Positions 26,391 through 37,950 of a stretch of DNA of 64,000 bases are shown piece by piece; position 1 is the stretch's first letter; every line of letters begins with the position of its first letter. The DNA comes from Squalus acanthias (taxonomy: Eukaryota): contig CM059431.1 in assembly GCA_030390025.1 (NCBI GenBank), forward strand, positions 142,974,001-143,038,000. Direction: 5' to 3'. Below the pieces are notes generated by a model. It made no database searches, had not been told where the DNA came from, and worked only from the letters and a program-made list of their open reading frames with translations. The translations under genes were made by a program, and so were the position numbers.

Positions 26391-26925
26391 GTCCCAGGCT
26401 TTACGTGTTAATCCGGTGATCTCAATCACTTTTCAAGGAAGTTTTAGTTGTCTCGATCCTTGACCTCTCTTTTTCACACCCCCGCTCCCTCTCTCGCACA
26501 CGCACACTTACATGTTGGTTGATTTTATATACTTTATCTTAATTTTGCACAGTATGATATTTGTTCTGTTGTAGGTCACCCTGATTATGTTGGGAATATG
26601 TTTTATAATATTCTGGACGCCTTTAATTCTGAGTCCGATATCGGTACCAGGAGAACACAGAACACACTGGTGGAGCGGTCTGTCCGTGAGTTTCCATCCA
26701 ATGTCCTAAGCAAAACATGTTTGAAGGAGTTTTGCTCTGCTTAGAACTGAATAGTTGGGACGGGTGAATTTTTTTATACGGAAGGCTTCCTATATTCCTC
26801 TAATTGCCTGTTATTTCATCGGAGGGGTAATGTATTTATTATAAAACGATTAGCATTTCCGTCAAAATAGCGAGCAGATGGGATGTCAGACCAGCGGGAA
26901 TTGCGACGGTAAAATCAGATTCCAA

Positions 26926-27669
26926 GGCCTAGAAATTGCGGTCGAAGGCGTACCCCCGGAGTACGCTTCCGAGAAACATTTCCGAACCTCCCTCAGTGTG
27001 TCCAGGCTGCGAAGAATTGGGGTCTCAGGCCTCCAGGCGGACGAAAGCGGAAAGGCCCACGGATCCCAGGGAAGCAAGCTGATCGGAAGCGTCACTGGGA
27101 TCACGTGGGCCCGGACCTCCAATCAAAAGGGCGGCTTCCATTGCAGTCATTTAAGAATGGATTCCCCTAATGACGTGCAATAGAATCTCCAAATATTTAC
27201 ACAATTTACGCAATTGTAATAAATATAAATATACTGCATTTAAATTCTATTCATAAGTTCCTTCATTACACCAAATAAAATGAAAATGTAATTTTTTGAT
27301 AAATAATTTTAAAAATTTTAATCCGGGCTAATATTACATAAACTCGTTTAAAGTGTATGTGCATCATTTTTTAATTTTTATTGCTTAATTTAAGGCTTAT
27401 ATATACCCTTACGCTCATGATAGCAGGCCCTATGCCTGCTTTTACCAGCCGTGCGATTTTGGTGGGTAATTGCTGGGCAGTTCTTGGGCAATAGCCAAAA
27501 TCTGGGCCAGAGATATTGATTTTACATTTGGTCCGGCTGATCTGTGAAGGCGGACCATGAGAAATCGCAAGTTCCGGTTACGGAAAACCAGATGTTGGGG
27601 GGTTTATCAAATGTATTAGGGCGGCGTACACTGAGCATGCACCATCACGAAGACCGCAATTTTAGAGCC
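26926..27669. mobile_element. Non-autonomous DNA transposon (Harbinger-type), about 745 bp
   Basis: TIRs ggcctagaaattgcggtc and gaccgcaattttagagcc. Shares ctgggatcacgtgggcc and gcaggccctatgcctgctttt blocks, in reverse orientation, with the elements at 50.4 and 60.9 kb. AT-rich core. Confidence 0.7.
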
Positions 27670-27749
27670 AATAAATTCTATATTCAGATTTATTGAAGTT
27701 CGTTCCTGATAGAGATGGTTATTTGTTTATTGTTTCCTGTCCGAAGTTT

Positions 27750-28790
27750 GATAGTCTGTGAGCACACGAACAAAATGAAGCGATTCAGCTCCTCCAGCCT
27801 GTTTTGCTATTCAATTAGATCATGGCTGATCTCTACCTCAACTCCAATGTCCTGCCTTGATTCCATATATTCAGAATACCCTTTCCCAACAATAATGTAG
27901 CTACCTCACTCTTGAAAATTTCATTCGACGTAACCTCGACATCTTCTTGGGTGGAAGAGTTGAGATTGTCACTATCCTCTGTATGAAGAGGTGCTTCCTG
28001 TCATCACCCCTGGAACTATACATCTCTAATTTGAAGGTTGTGCCCACTAATTCTGGACTCGCCCACCAGAGAAAATTAGTTTATCGCTATCTAGCCTATC
28101 AAATCCTTTAATCGTTCTATACACCTCAATCAGATCACCTCTTCATCTTTTACATTCAAGCGATTACAAGACTAGTCTAGGCGAATTGTCTAAATAATTT
28201 ACATTACTTTTGCCCCGGTAGAATTCTGGTGAATCTGCGCTGCCAAGACCAATATCTCCTTCCTGAGGTGCGGTTGCTGGAACTGTGTGCAGTACTTCAG
28301 TTTTGTTCTGCCCAGACATTTAAACTGTAGCATAACTTGCATCCCTTTGTATTCCAACTCCCTTGAGATAAAATCTAACATTACATACATTATCATTTTT
28401 TTTTTACATAGAATTACATGTTACATAGAATTACAGAACAGAAACAGGCGAATTTGGCCCGACTGGTCTGTGTCGGTGTTTATGCTCTGCACGAGCCACC
28501 TCCCACCATACTTAATGTAACCCCAATAGTCTATTCCTAGTTCTTTCTCATTCATGTATTTGTCTAGCTTTCCTTAAAAGCATCGATGCCACTCACCTGA
28601 ACTGTTCATTATGTAATAAATTCCACATTCTAACAACTCTCTAGCTAAATAAGATTCTCCTGAATCCCTTTTGTATTTATTAGAGACTATCTTATATTTA
28701 TGACTACTAGTTTTGGACTCCCCAAATTTGAAAAATATCTTCTCGACGTCTACTCTATCAAACACTTTAATAAGTTTAAAGCCATCAATA
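27750..28790 (-). mobile_element. Two CR1 3'-end fragments
   Basis: ORFs 28199..28396 and 28574..28810 resemble the CR1 ORF2 C-terminus, and tails are present. Confidence 0.75.
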
Positions 28791-28869
28791 GTCAACCTCA
28801 TCATCATCAATTTTAATGTACAGTTACCATCAGAAAGTTTAGAGTTGGTTCGCCGCCAAAATTTTAGAT

Positions 28870-31800
28870 TAATGTCACCACAATCTTAGAATAGGTTTAA
28901 CACTATCAATGTCTCTGGCACCGACTTATTCCGTGTGGATTGCAACAGAAATTACACCCTTCATGTTTCGGATGCACCCAGGATTATAGATATCTCCAAG
29001 ATATTCAGCGTTCCTCGAACTACTGCTCACGCCACATCCTGAGTTCCACGCTCTACGTCATGCCCCATCACATGAACTCTCTCGACCTCTCTCCTCAGCA
29101 GTACCGACGCACTCTATCTCATAGCTGTCCTGGTCCACAGTTCCATGTCATCCTTCGCCTCATCCGGCGATTTAACAAAAAACTTCTTTGCTTCCTTTCA
29201 GGTGTCAAGGATGGTCAGCTTCAGCAACTCTTGGACACCAACGTCCCTCCGGAAACTTCTGCTGCTTCACTCTCCTCTGACCCCTTCCCTTTTTCCAATC
29301 TCACCCCGCTGTCGTATTTTCCCTAACCCCTCTGACCTTCCCCTCGCTGACCCCGAACGTTCAGTCCTCAGCAAAGGCCTGAGCTTCATTCCCTTACGCA
29401 ACCAACTCAATGAATTTCGAGCTCGGCACGACGCTGAGCTCTTTTTCCATCGTCTTCGTCTCCGTGCCAGCGTCTTTGCCCAGGGGACTTCTCCCCGCAC
29501 AGCTGACCCTTTCTGCCGCTTTCAGAATTCTCGTTCTACCTGGACCCCTCCCTCTGGCCTCTTAACCTCTCTAGATCTTTTCATTGCAAACTGCCGGCGC
29601 GACCTCGGCCATCTCAATTTCTCTAATCCCCTCACTCACTCCAATCTACCTCCCGCTGAACTTGCAGCACTCCATTCTCTCAGATCCAACCCCATAATTA
29701 TCATTAATCCTGCTGACAAGGGTGGCGCTGTTGTTGTTTGGCGACCGAACTCTGCCTACCAAGACCCCACCACTGAACATCATGCCATCATTTCCAAGAC
29801 TGTCACTTACCTTATCTCCTCTGGCGATCTTCCCTCCACGGCCGCCAACCTCATAGTTCCCCAAGTCCGGACAGCCCAATTCTACCTGCTTCCCAAGATT
29901 CGCAAACAGGACTTCCCTGGTAGACCCATCGTTTCAGCCTGTTCGTGCCCCACGGAAATTATCTCTTCCTATCTTGACTCTATATTTTTTCTCCCCTTGT
30001 CCAGTCACTTCCCATCTACATCCATAACTTTTCCAATGCCATCCGCCACTTTAACAGTTTCCAGTTTCCTGGACCCAACCGTCTCCTTTTCACGATGCAC
30101 ATCCAAACCATCTACACCTCCATTCCCCCACCAGGATGGCCTGAGAGCGCTCCGCTTCTTCCTTGAACAGAGGCCTAACCAGTCCCGATCCACCACCGCC
30201 CTCCTGCGCCTGGCTGAACTTGTTCTCACATTGAACAACTTCTCCTTTGACTCCACTCACTTCCTTAAACTAAAGGTGTTGCTATGGGGACCCACATGGG
30301 TCTTAGCTATGCCTGTGTTTTCGTGGGATATGTGGAACATTCATGTTCCATTCCTACTTAGGTAACATCCCTCACCTCTTTTTCTGGTACATTGATGACT
30401 GTATTGGTGCCGTTTCCTGCTCTCACCCTAAACTGGAAAATGTCATTAAATTTGCTTCTAATTTCCACCCTTCCCTCACTTTCACATGGTCCATCTCCGA
30501 CACTTCCCGTCCCTTCTCGACTTCTCTGTCTGCATCTCTGGGGATAGGCTATTGACAAATATTCACTGTAAGCCCAATGACTCCCACAGCTACCTGGACT
30601 ACACTTGCTCCCACCCCGCTTCCTGTAAGGACTCTATTCCATTCTCCCAACTTCATCATCTCTGCTGCATCTTCTCTGACGAGGCCACCTTCCATACTAG
30701 TGCTTCAGAAATGTCTTCCTTTTTCCTCAACCGAGGATTCCCCTCTACCATGGTTGACATGGCCCTTGACCGTGTCTCTTCCATTTCCAGCACTTCGATT
30801 ATGGAGACATGGCTGCAGGGTGAACAAGGCTGGCAGCTGAATATCCAAGGGTATTCGATATTTAGGATGGCCAGGCGAAAAGGCAAAGGATGGCATTGTT
30901 AGTAAAGGATGAAAGCAGAGCAATAGTGAGAAAGGATATTGACTCAGAAAATTAAGATGTAGAATAAGTCTGGGTGGAGCTAAGAAGCACCATGGGGCAG
31001 AAAAAGTTGGTGGGAGTTGTCTATAGGCCTCTAAACCGTAGTGGTAATGGAGGAGATGGTATCTAACAGGAAATTAGAGATGCATGTAAAAAGGGTACTA
31101 TAGTAATAATGGGTGAGTTTAATATACATATAGACTGGCCAAAACAAACTAGCAATAATACTGTGGAGGATGAATTCCTGGAGTGTGTACGAGATGTTTT
31201 TTTAGACCAGTACGTTGAGGAGCCAACTAGGGAACAGGCTATCCTAGATTGAGTATTGTGTATTGAGAAGTAGTTAATTAATAATCTTGTTGTGTGGGGT
31301 CCTTTAGGGAAGAGTGACCATAACATTATAGAATTCTTCATTAAAATGGAAAGTGAAGAAGTCCAATCCGAAACTAGGGTCCTAAATCTAAACAAAGGAA
31401 ACTACGATGGTATGAGGAGCGAGTTGGCTTTGAGAGATTGGGAGCTTCATTAAAAGGCATGATGGTGGATAGGCAATGGCTAACATTTGAGGAATGAATG
31501 CATGAATTGCAACAGTTATATATTCCTTTCTTGCGCAAAAACACAAAAGGAAAAGCAGCCCAATCATGGCTAACAAAAGAAATAAAGGATAGTATTAGAT
31601 CCAAAGAGGAATCATATAAAGTTGCCATAAAAAGTAGCAAGCCTGAGGATTGGGAGCAGTTTAGAGTCCAGCAAAAAAGGACCATGAGATTGATTAAGAG
31701 GGGCAAAATAGAGTCTGAGAGTAAACTTGCAAGTGACAAAAAAGCAGATTGTAAAACCTTCTGCAAGTATGTAAAAAGAAAAACATTAGTGAAGACAAAT

Positions 31801-34650
31801 GTAGGTCCCTTACATTCAGAAACCGGATAATTTATAATGGGGAACAAGGAAATGGCTGAGCAATTAATCAAATACATTGGTTCAGTCTTCATGGAATAAT
31901 ATACAAATAACTTCCCAGAAATGCTAGCGAGCCAAGGTAGTAGTGAGCAGGAGGAATTAAAGGAAATTAGTAGTAGTAAAAAAATAGTGCTGGAGAAATT
32001 AATGGGACTGAAGCTGATAAATCCCCAGGGCCTGATAATCTGCATCCAAGAGTATTAAAGAGGTAGCCATGGAAATATTGGATGCATTGGTTTTCATCTT
32101 CCAAATTCTATAGATTATGTAACTGTTCTTGCAGTTTGGAGGCTGGCAAATGTAACCCCACTATATAAAAAAGGAGGGTGAGAGAAAACAGTGAACTACA
32201 GACCGGTTAACCTAACATCAGTAGTAGGGAAAATGCTGGTGTCTATTATAAAGGATGTGATAACAGGACACTTAGAAAATATCAATGACATTTGACACAG
32301 TCAACATGGATTTATGAAAGGGAAATCGTGTTTGACAAACCTACTAGAGTTTTTTGACGATGTAACTGGTAGAATAGGTAAGGGAGAGCCAGTGGATGTG
32401 GTGTATTTGGATTTTCAGGAGGCCTTTGATAAGAGGTTAGTGTGCAAAATTAAAGCACATGGGATTGGGGGTAATATACAGGCATGGATTGAAAATTGGT
32501 TAACAGACAGGAAACAGAGATTAGAAATAATTGGGTCTGTTTCGGGGTGGCAGGCGATGACTAGTGGGGTACCGCAGGGATCAGTGCTTGTGCCCCAGCT
32601 ATTCACAATACATATCAATGATTTGGATAATGGAAGCAAATGTAATATTTCCAAGTTTGCAGACGTCACGAAAATAGGTGGGATTGTGAGTTGTGAGGAG
32701 GATGCAAAGAGGCTTCAAGGCGATTTAGACAAGTTGAGTGAGTGGGCAAATACATGGCAGATGCAGTATAAGGAGGATAAATGTGAAGATATCCACTTCG
32801 GTATGAAAAACAGAAAGTTAGAGTATTATTTGAATGGTGATAGATTGAGAAATGCTGATGTAAAAAGGGATCGTGGGTGTCATTGTACACCAGTCACTGA
32901 AAGCAAATATGCAGGTGCAGCAAGCAGTTAGGAAGGCAAATGGTAGGTTCGCCTTCATTGCAAGAGGATTTGAGTACAGGAGCAAGGATGTCTTACTACA
33001 TTGGTACAGGTCCTTGGTGAGACCACACCTGGAGTACTGTGCGCAGTTTTGGTCTCCTTACCTAAGAAAGGATATACTTGAATTAGAGGAAGTGCAGCGA
33101 AGGTACACAAAACTGATTCCTGGGATGGCAGGACTGTCGTATGAGGAGAGATTGGATCGACTAGGCCTCTATTCACTAGAGTTTAGAAGAATGAGAGGGT
33201 ATCTCATTGAAACGTAAACAATTCTGACTGGCTAGACAAACTGGATGCAGGGAAGATGTTTCCCCTGGCTGGGGGGTCTAGAACGAGGGGTCGCAGTCTC
33301 AGGATACGGGGTAGGACATTTAGGACTTACATGAGGAGAAATTTCTTCAATCAGAGGCTGGTGCACCTGTGGTATTCCTACCACAGAAGACTGTGGAGGT
33401 CAAGTCACTGAATATATTTAAGAAGGAAATAGATAGATTTCTAGACACAAAAGGCATCAAGTGGAATGGGAATAGAGCGGGAATATGGTATTGAGATAGA
33501 GGATCAGCCATGATCATATTGAATGGCGGAGCAGGCTTGAAGGGCCAAATGGCCTACTCTTGCTCCAATTTTTCTGTGTTTCCATATATCTGCTCTCACA
33601 CCTTCCACTCCCTCCCCGGAACGACTATAGGGTTCCCCTTGTCCTCACCTTTCACTCCACCAGCCTCCAATTTCAACGGATCATCCTCCGCCATTTCTGC
33701 CACCTCCAGCGTGATCACACCACCAAACACATCTTCCCCAACCCCACTTTCAGCATTCCGAAGGGACCGCTCCCTCTGCGACACCCTGTTCCACTCCTCT
33801 CAAACCCACAACACCCCTTCCCCTTCGCCTGGCACCTTCCCATGCAAGCGCAGGAGATGCAACACCTTCCCTTTTATCTCCTCCATTCCACTGTCCAGGG
33901 CCCCAAACACTCCTTCCAGGTGAAACAGTAATTTACTTGTACTTCTTGCAATTTAGTATACTTTATTCGCTGCTCAGGATGCGATCTCCTCTACATTGGG
34001 GAGACCAAACGCAGATTGGGTGATCACTTTGTGGATCAGCTCCGTTTAGTCCGTAAGGGTGACCCTGAGCTTCCAGTCGCCTGTCTTTTTAATTCTCATC
34101 TCCACTCCCACTCTGACCTCTCCATCCTCGGCCTCTGACACTGTTCCAATGAAGCTCAACGTAACCTCGATGAACAGCACCTCATCATTCGATTAGGTAC
34201 TTTACAGCATTCTGGACTCAACATCGAGTTCAACAATTTCAGATCATAACCTCTGCGCCCATCTTATTTTACTCTTTTTTTCCCTCTATTTCACATGGCA
34301 GCTGCCATTCCCATTTACACTTCATCTAGAGTCATGTTTTGTTTCTTAATTGTCCCATTACCATCTCCTTTTGCCTTGCACCATCATCCAATTTGTCTCT
34401 TAATGTCTCCTGCCTTCCATCCTACACAGGCCTTCCCTTTTGTTGTTTCATCCCCTCCCCCTCTCCCTGCCCCTAAACTTGCTTAAAAACCCGTTACATC
34501 TCCAACCTTTTCCAGTTCAGACGAAACGTCATCGACCTGAAAGGTTAACTTTGTTTCTCTTTCTACAGATGCTGCATGACCTGCTGTTTATTTCCAGCAT
34601 TTTCTGTTTTTATTTCAGATTTCCAGCATCCGCGGTATTTTGCTTTTGTA
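28870..34650 (+). mobile_element. Penelope-like retroelement (RT and GIY-YIG endonuclease), decayed, split by a CR1 at 30797-33588
   Basis: RT motifs SVLSKGLSFIP, IINPADKGGAVVV, FYLLPKIRK, PGRPIVS, LVLTLNNFSF and WYIDDC. After the insert: VPLVLTFH, GTFPCKRRRC, then VYFIRCSGCDLLYIGETKRRL...GLNIEFNNF (about 33955-34249) and a pseudo-LTR-like 3' region. Confidence 0.92.
30797..33588 (+). mobile_element. CR1 LINE family A, near-full ORF2 (APE endonuclease and RT) and tail, inserted in the PLE
   Basis: Begins in the APE domain (IMETWLQG; ataatgggtgagtttaat; gggaagagtgaccataac). RT ORFs 32314..32931 and 32873..33217. The PLE flanks rejoin as cacttc|tgctctcac. Confidence 0.93.
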
Positions 34651-34659
34651 TTAACACTA

Positions 34660-35290
34660 TTAATGTTAGAGTGCGTTCACCAGCAGTAATGTTAGAGTAC
34701 AGAACTCATCAGTAACTTCAGAGTATGTATAGCAGAAGTAATATTAGAGTAGATGCACCACCAGTAATATTGGAGTAATTTCAACACCACCAATGCAAGA
34801 TTAGATGTACCACCTTTAATGTTAAAGTAGGGTCACCACCAGTCTTCGAGTAGAATAAACACAAGCAATATAGCAGTAGGTTTGCTGCCATTAACGTTTT
34901 AGTATCCGCAACAGCCGTAAATTTAGAGTAGATTCACCATCACTAATGTTAGTGCGGGGTAACGACTATTGATGTTAAATTAACATCAAGACCAGTCATG
35001 TTAGAGTAGGGACACCACCAGTTATGTTAGAGTAGGGTCACCACCAATAATGTTAGAGTAGTTTCACCACCAGTAATGTTAGAGTAGAGTCACTACCAGT
35101 AATGTTAGAGTAGGGACACCACCAGTAATGTTAGAGTAGGGTCACCACCAATAATGTTAGAGTAGGGTCACCTGCAGTAATGTTAGAGTAGAGTCAGCAC
35201 CAGTAATTTTAGGATAGGGCCAACACCAGTAATGTTAGCGTATATTTACCAACAGAAACGGTAAAGTGGGATCACCGCCAGTATTAGAGT
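34660..35290 (+). repeat. 26-bp minisatellite, consensus gttagagtagggtcaccaccagtaat
   Basis: Homogeneous units at about 34998-35240, more decayed units toward 34660. Confidence 0.9.
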
Positions 35291-37950
35291 CATACAGTCA
35301 TAGAGTTATAACAGCACAGAAAGAGGCCCTTCGGACCATCGTGTACGCGCCGGCCAACATGCCTTATCTATTCTAATCCCATTTTGCAGCACTTGGTCCG
35401 TAGCATTGTATGCCATGGCGTTTCGAGTGCTCATCTAAATGCTTCTTGAATGTTGTGAGGGTTCCTGCCTCTACCACCCTTTCAGGCAGTGAGTTCCAGA
35501 TTCCAACCACCCACTGGGTGAAATTGTTTTTCCTCAAATCACCTCTAAACGTCCTGCCCCATACCTTGAAACTGCCCCTAGTTATTAACCCCTCTACAAA
35601 GGGGAAAAGTTCTTTCTATCTACCCTATCTATGCCTCTCATAATTTTGTACTCCTCAATCAGGTCCCGCCTCAGCCTTCGCTGCTCTAAGGAAAACAACC
35701 CCAGCCTGTCCAGTCTCACTTCATAGCTGAAGCGCTCCAGCCCAGGAAACATCCTGGTGAATGTCCTCTGCACCCTCTCCAATGCAATCACATCCTTCCT
35801 ATAGTGTGGCGACAAGAACGGCACACATTATTCCAGCTGTGGACTAACTAGCGTTTTGTACAGCTCCATCATAACCTCCCTGCTCTTACATTCTATGCCT
35901 CGGCTAATGAAGGCAAGTATCCCATATGCCTTTTTTACCACCTTATCTACCTGTCCTGCTGCCTTCAGGGATCTATGTACATGCACATGAAGTTCCCTCT
36001 GATCCTCTGTCCTTCCTTGGCTCGTACCATTAACTGTGCATTCCCTTGCTTGTTAGTCCTCCCAAAATGCATCACCTCACACTTTTCAGGGTTAAATTTC
36101 ATTTGCCAATGTTCTGCCCATCTGACCAACCCGTCTATGTCGTCCTGTAGCCTGAGGCTTCCCTCATCGCTATTTACCACTCCACCAATTTTCGTGTCAT
36201 TTGCGAACTTACTGATGATGCCTCCTACATTCATATCTAAATCATTAATGTACACTTAAAACAGAAAAGGACCCAGCACCGATCCCTGCGGTACACCACT
36301 GGGCACAGGCTTCCAGTCACAAACAAAACAAAAACAACCTTCGACCATCACCCTTTGCCTCTGCCACTAAGCCAATTTTGGATCCAATGTGCCAAATTGC
36401 CCTGGATCGCATGGGCTCTTAACTTCTTGAACAGACTCCCATGCGGGACTTTGTCAAAAGCCTCACTGAAGTCCATGTAGACTACATCAACTGCACTACC
36501 TTCATCCACACACCCAGTCACCCCCTCGAAAAAATCAATCAAATTGGTTAGACATGATCTCCCCCTGACAAAGCCATGCTGGCTATCCTTGATTAATCCT
36601 TGCCTCTCCAAGTGAGACTAATTGTGTCCCTCAGAATTTTTTCCAATAATTTCCCTAACACTGATGTTTAGCTCACTGGCCTGTAATTCCCTGGTTTATC
36701 CCTACTACCCTTCTTGAATAATGGTACTACGTTAACTGTCCTCCAGTCCTCTGGCACCTCCCCTGTGGCCAGAGAGGTTCTGAAAATTTGTGTCAGAGCC
36801 CCTGCAATCAACTCCTTAACTCACACAGCAGCCTGGGATACATCTCGTCTGGGCCTGGGGATTTATCCATTTTAAGCCCGCTAAAACCGCTAGTACCTCC
36901 TCCCTCTCAATACTAATTTGTTCCAGTATATCACAATCTCCCTGCCTGATTTATATGCCTACATCGTCCTTCTCCATAGTGAACACGGATGCAAAATATT
37001 CATTTAAAACCTCACCCATATCTTCCTGCTCTACACACAGATTGCCACTTTGGGCCCTAGTGGGCCCTACTCTTTCCCTGGTTATCCTCTTGGCTTTAAT
37101 ATACTTATAAAACACCTTGGGACTTTCCTGTATTTTGGCCGCCAGTGTTTTTTAATGCCCACTTTTCGCTCTCCTAATTTCTTTGTTAAGTACCCCCCTG
37201 CACTTTCTATACTCCTCTAGGGCTTCCACTGTTTTTAGTACTTTGTATCTGCCAAAAGCACCCTTTTTGTCCGAATCCGTCCTTGTATATCCCTTGACAT
37301 CCAGGGTTCCCTGGGCTTGTTGGCCCCACCCTTTACCTTTACGGGAACATGTTGTCTTTGTACTCTCTCTATTTCCTTTCTGAAAGACTCCCACTGCTCT
37401 GATGTGGATTTTCCTACAAGTAGCTGATCCCAGTCCACATTGGTCAGATCCTGCCTTTTCATGTTAAAATAGGCTTTCCCCCAATTTAGAAGCTTTATTT
37501 CCGGTCCATCTTTGTACTTTTCCATGACTACTTTAAATCTCACCGAATTATGGTCACTGTCACCAAAATGCTCTCCTACTGACACTTTTAACACTTGCCC
37601 GGCTATATTCCCTAGAATTAGGTCTAGTATCGCCCCCTCTCTTGTAGGACTTTCTACATGCTGTCTCAAAAATCTCTCCTGCATGCACTTTAATAATTCC
37701 GCACCCTCTAAGCCTTACACGCTCTGACTATCCCAGTTAATATTGGGGAAGTTGAAATCCCTACTATTATTACCCTATTATTTCTACACTTCTCTGAGAT
37801 ATGCCTACATATATGTTCCTCGATCTCCCGCTGACTGTTTGGGGGCCTATAATACACTCCTAGCAAAGTGCTTGTCCCCTTTTGGTTTTTAAGTTCTACA
37901 CATATGGCCTCATTAGTGGAACCTGCTGAGATATCATCCCTCCTTACAGC
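35290..37950 (-). mobile_element. CR1 LINE ORF2 (APE and RT) and tail
   Basis: ORFs 37708..37965 (LLGVYYRPPNS), 37235..37684 (PTREGAILDLIL, GDSDHN), 36348..36611, 35965..36255 and 35594..35824. Confidence 0.93.

Noticed and set aside
24364..33217. RT ORFs as a retron, DGR or other prokaryotic RT system
   Set aside because: The motifs, APE domain and 3' tails are those of CR1 LINEs and PLEs, and all copies are frameshifted.
34660..35290. CRISPR array or telomeric repeat (ttagag/ttaggg-like)
   Set aside because: It is a contiguous 26-bp unit without spacers and is not a (TTAGGG)n tract.
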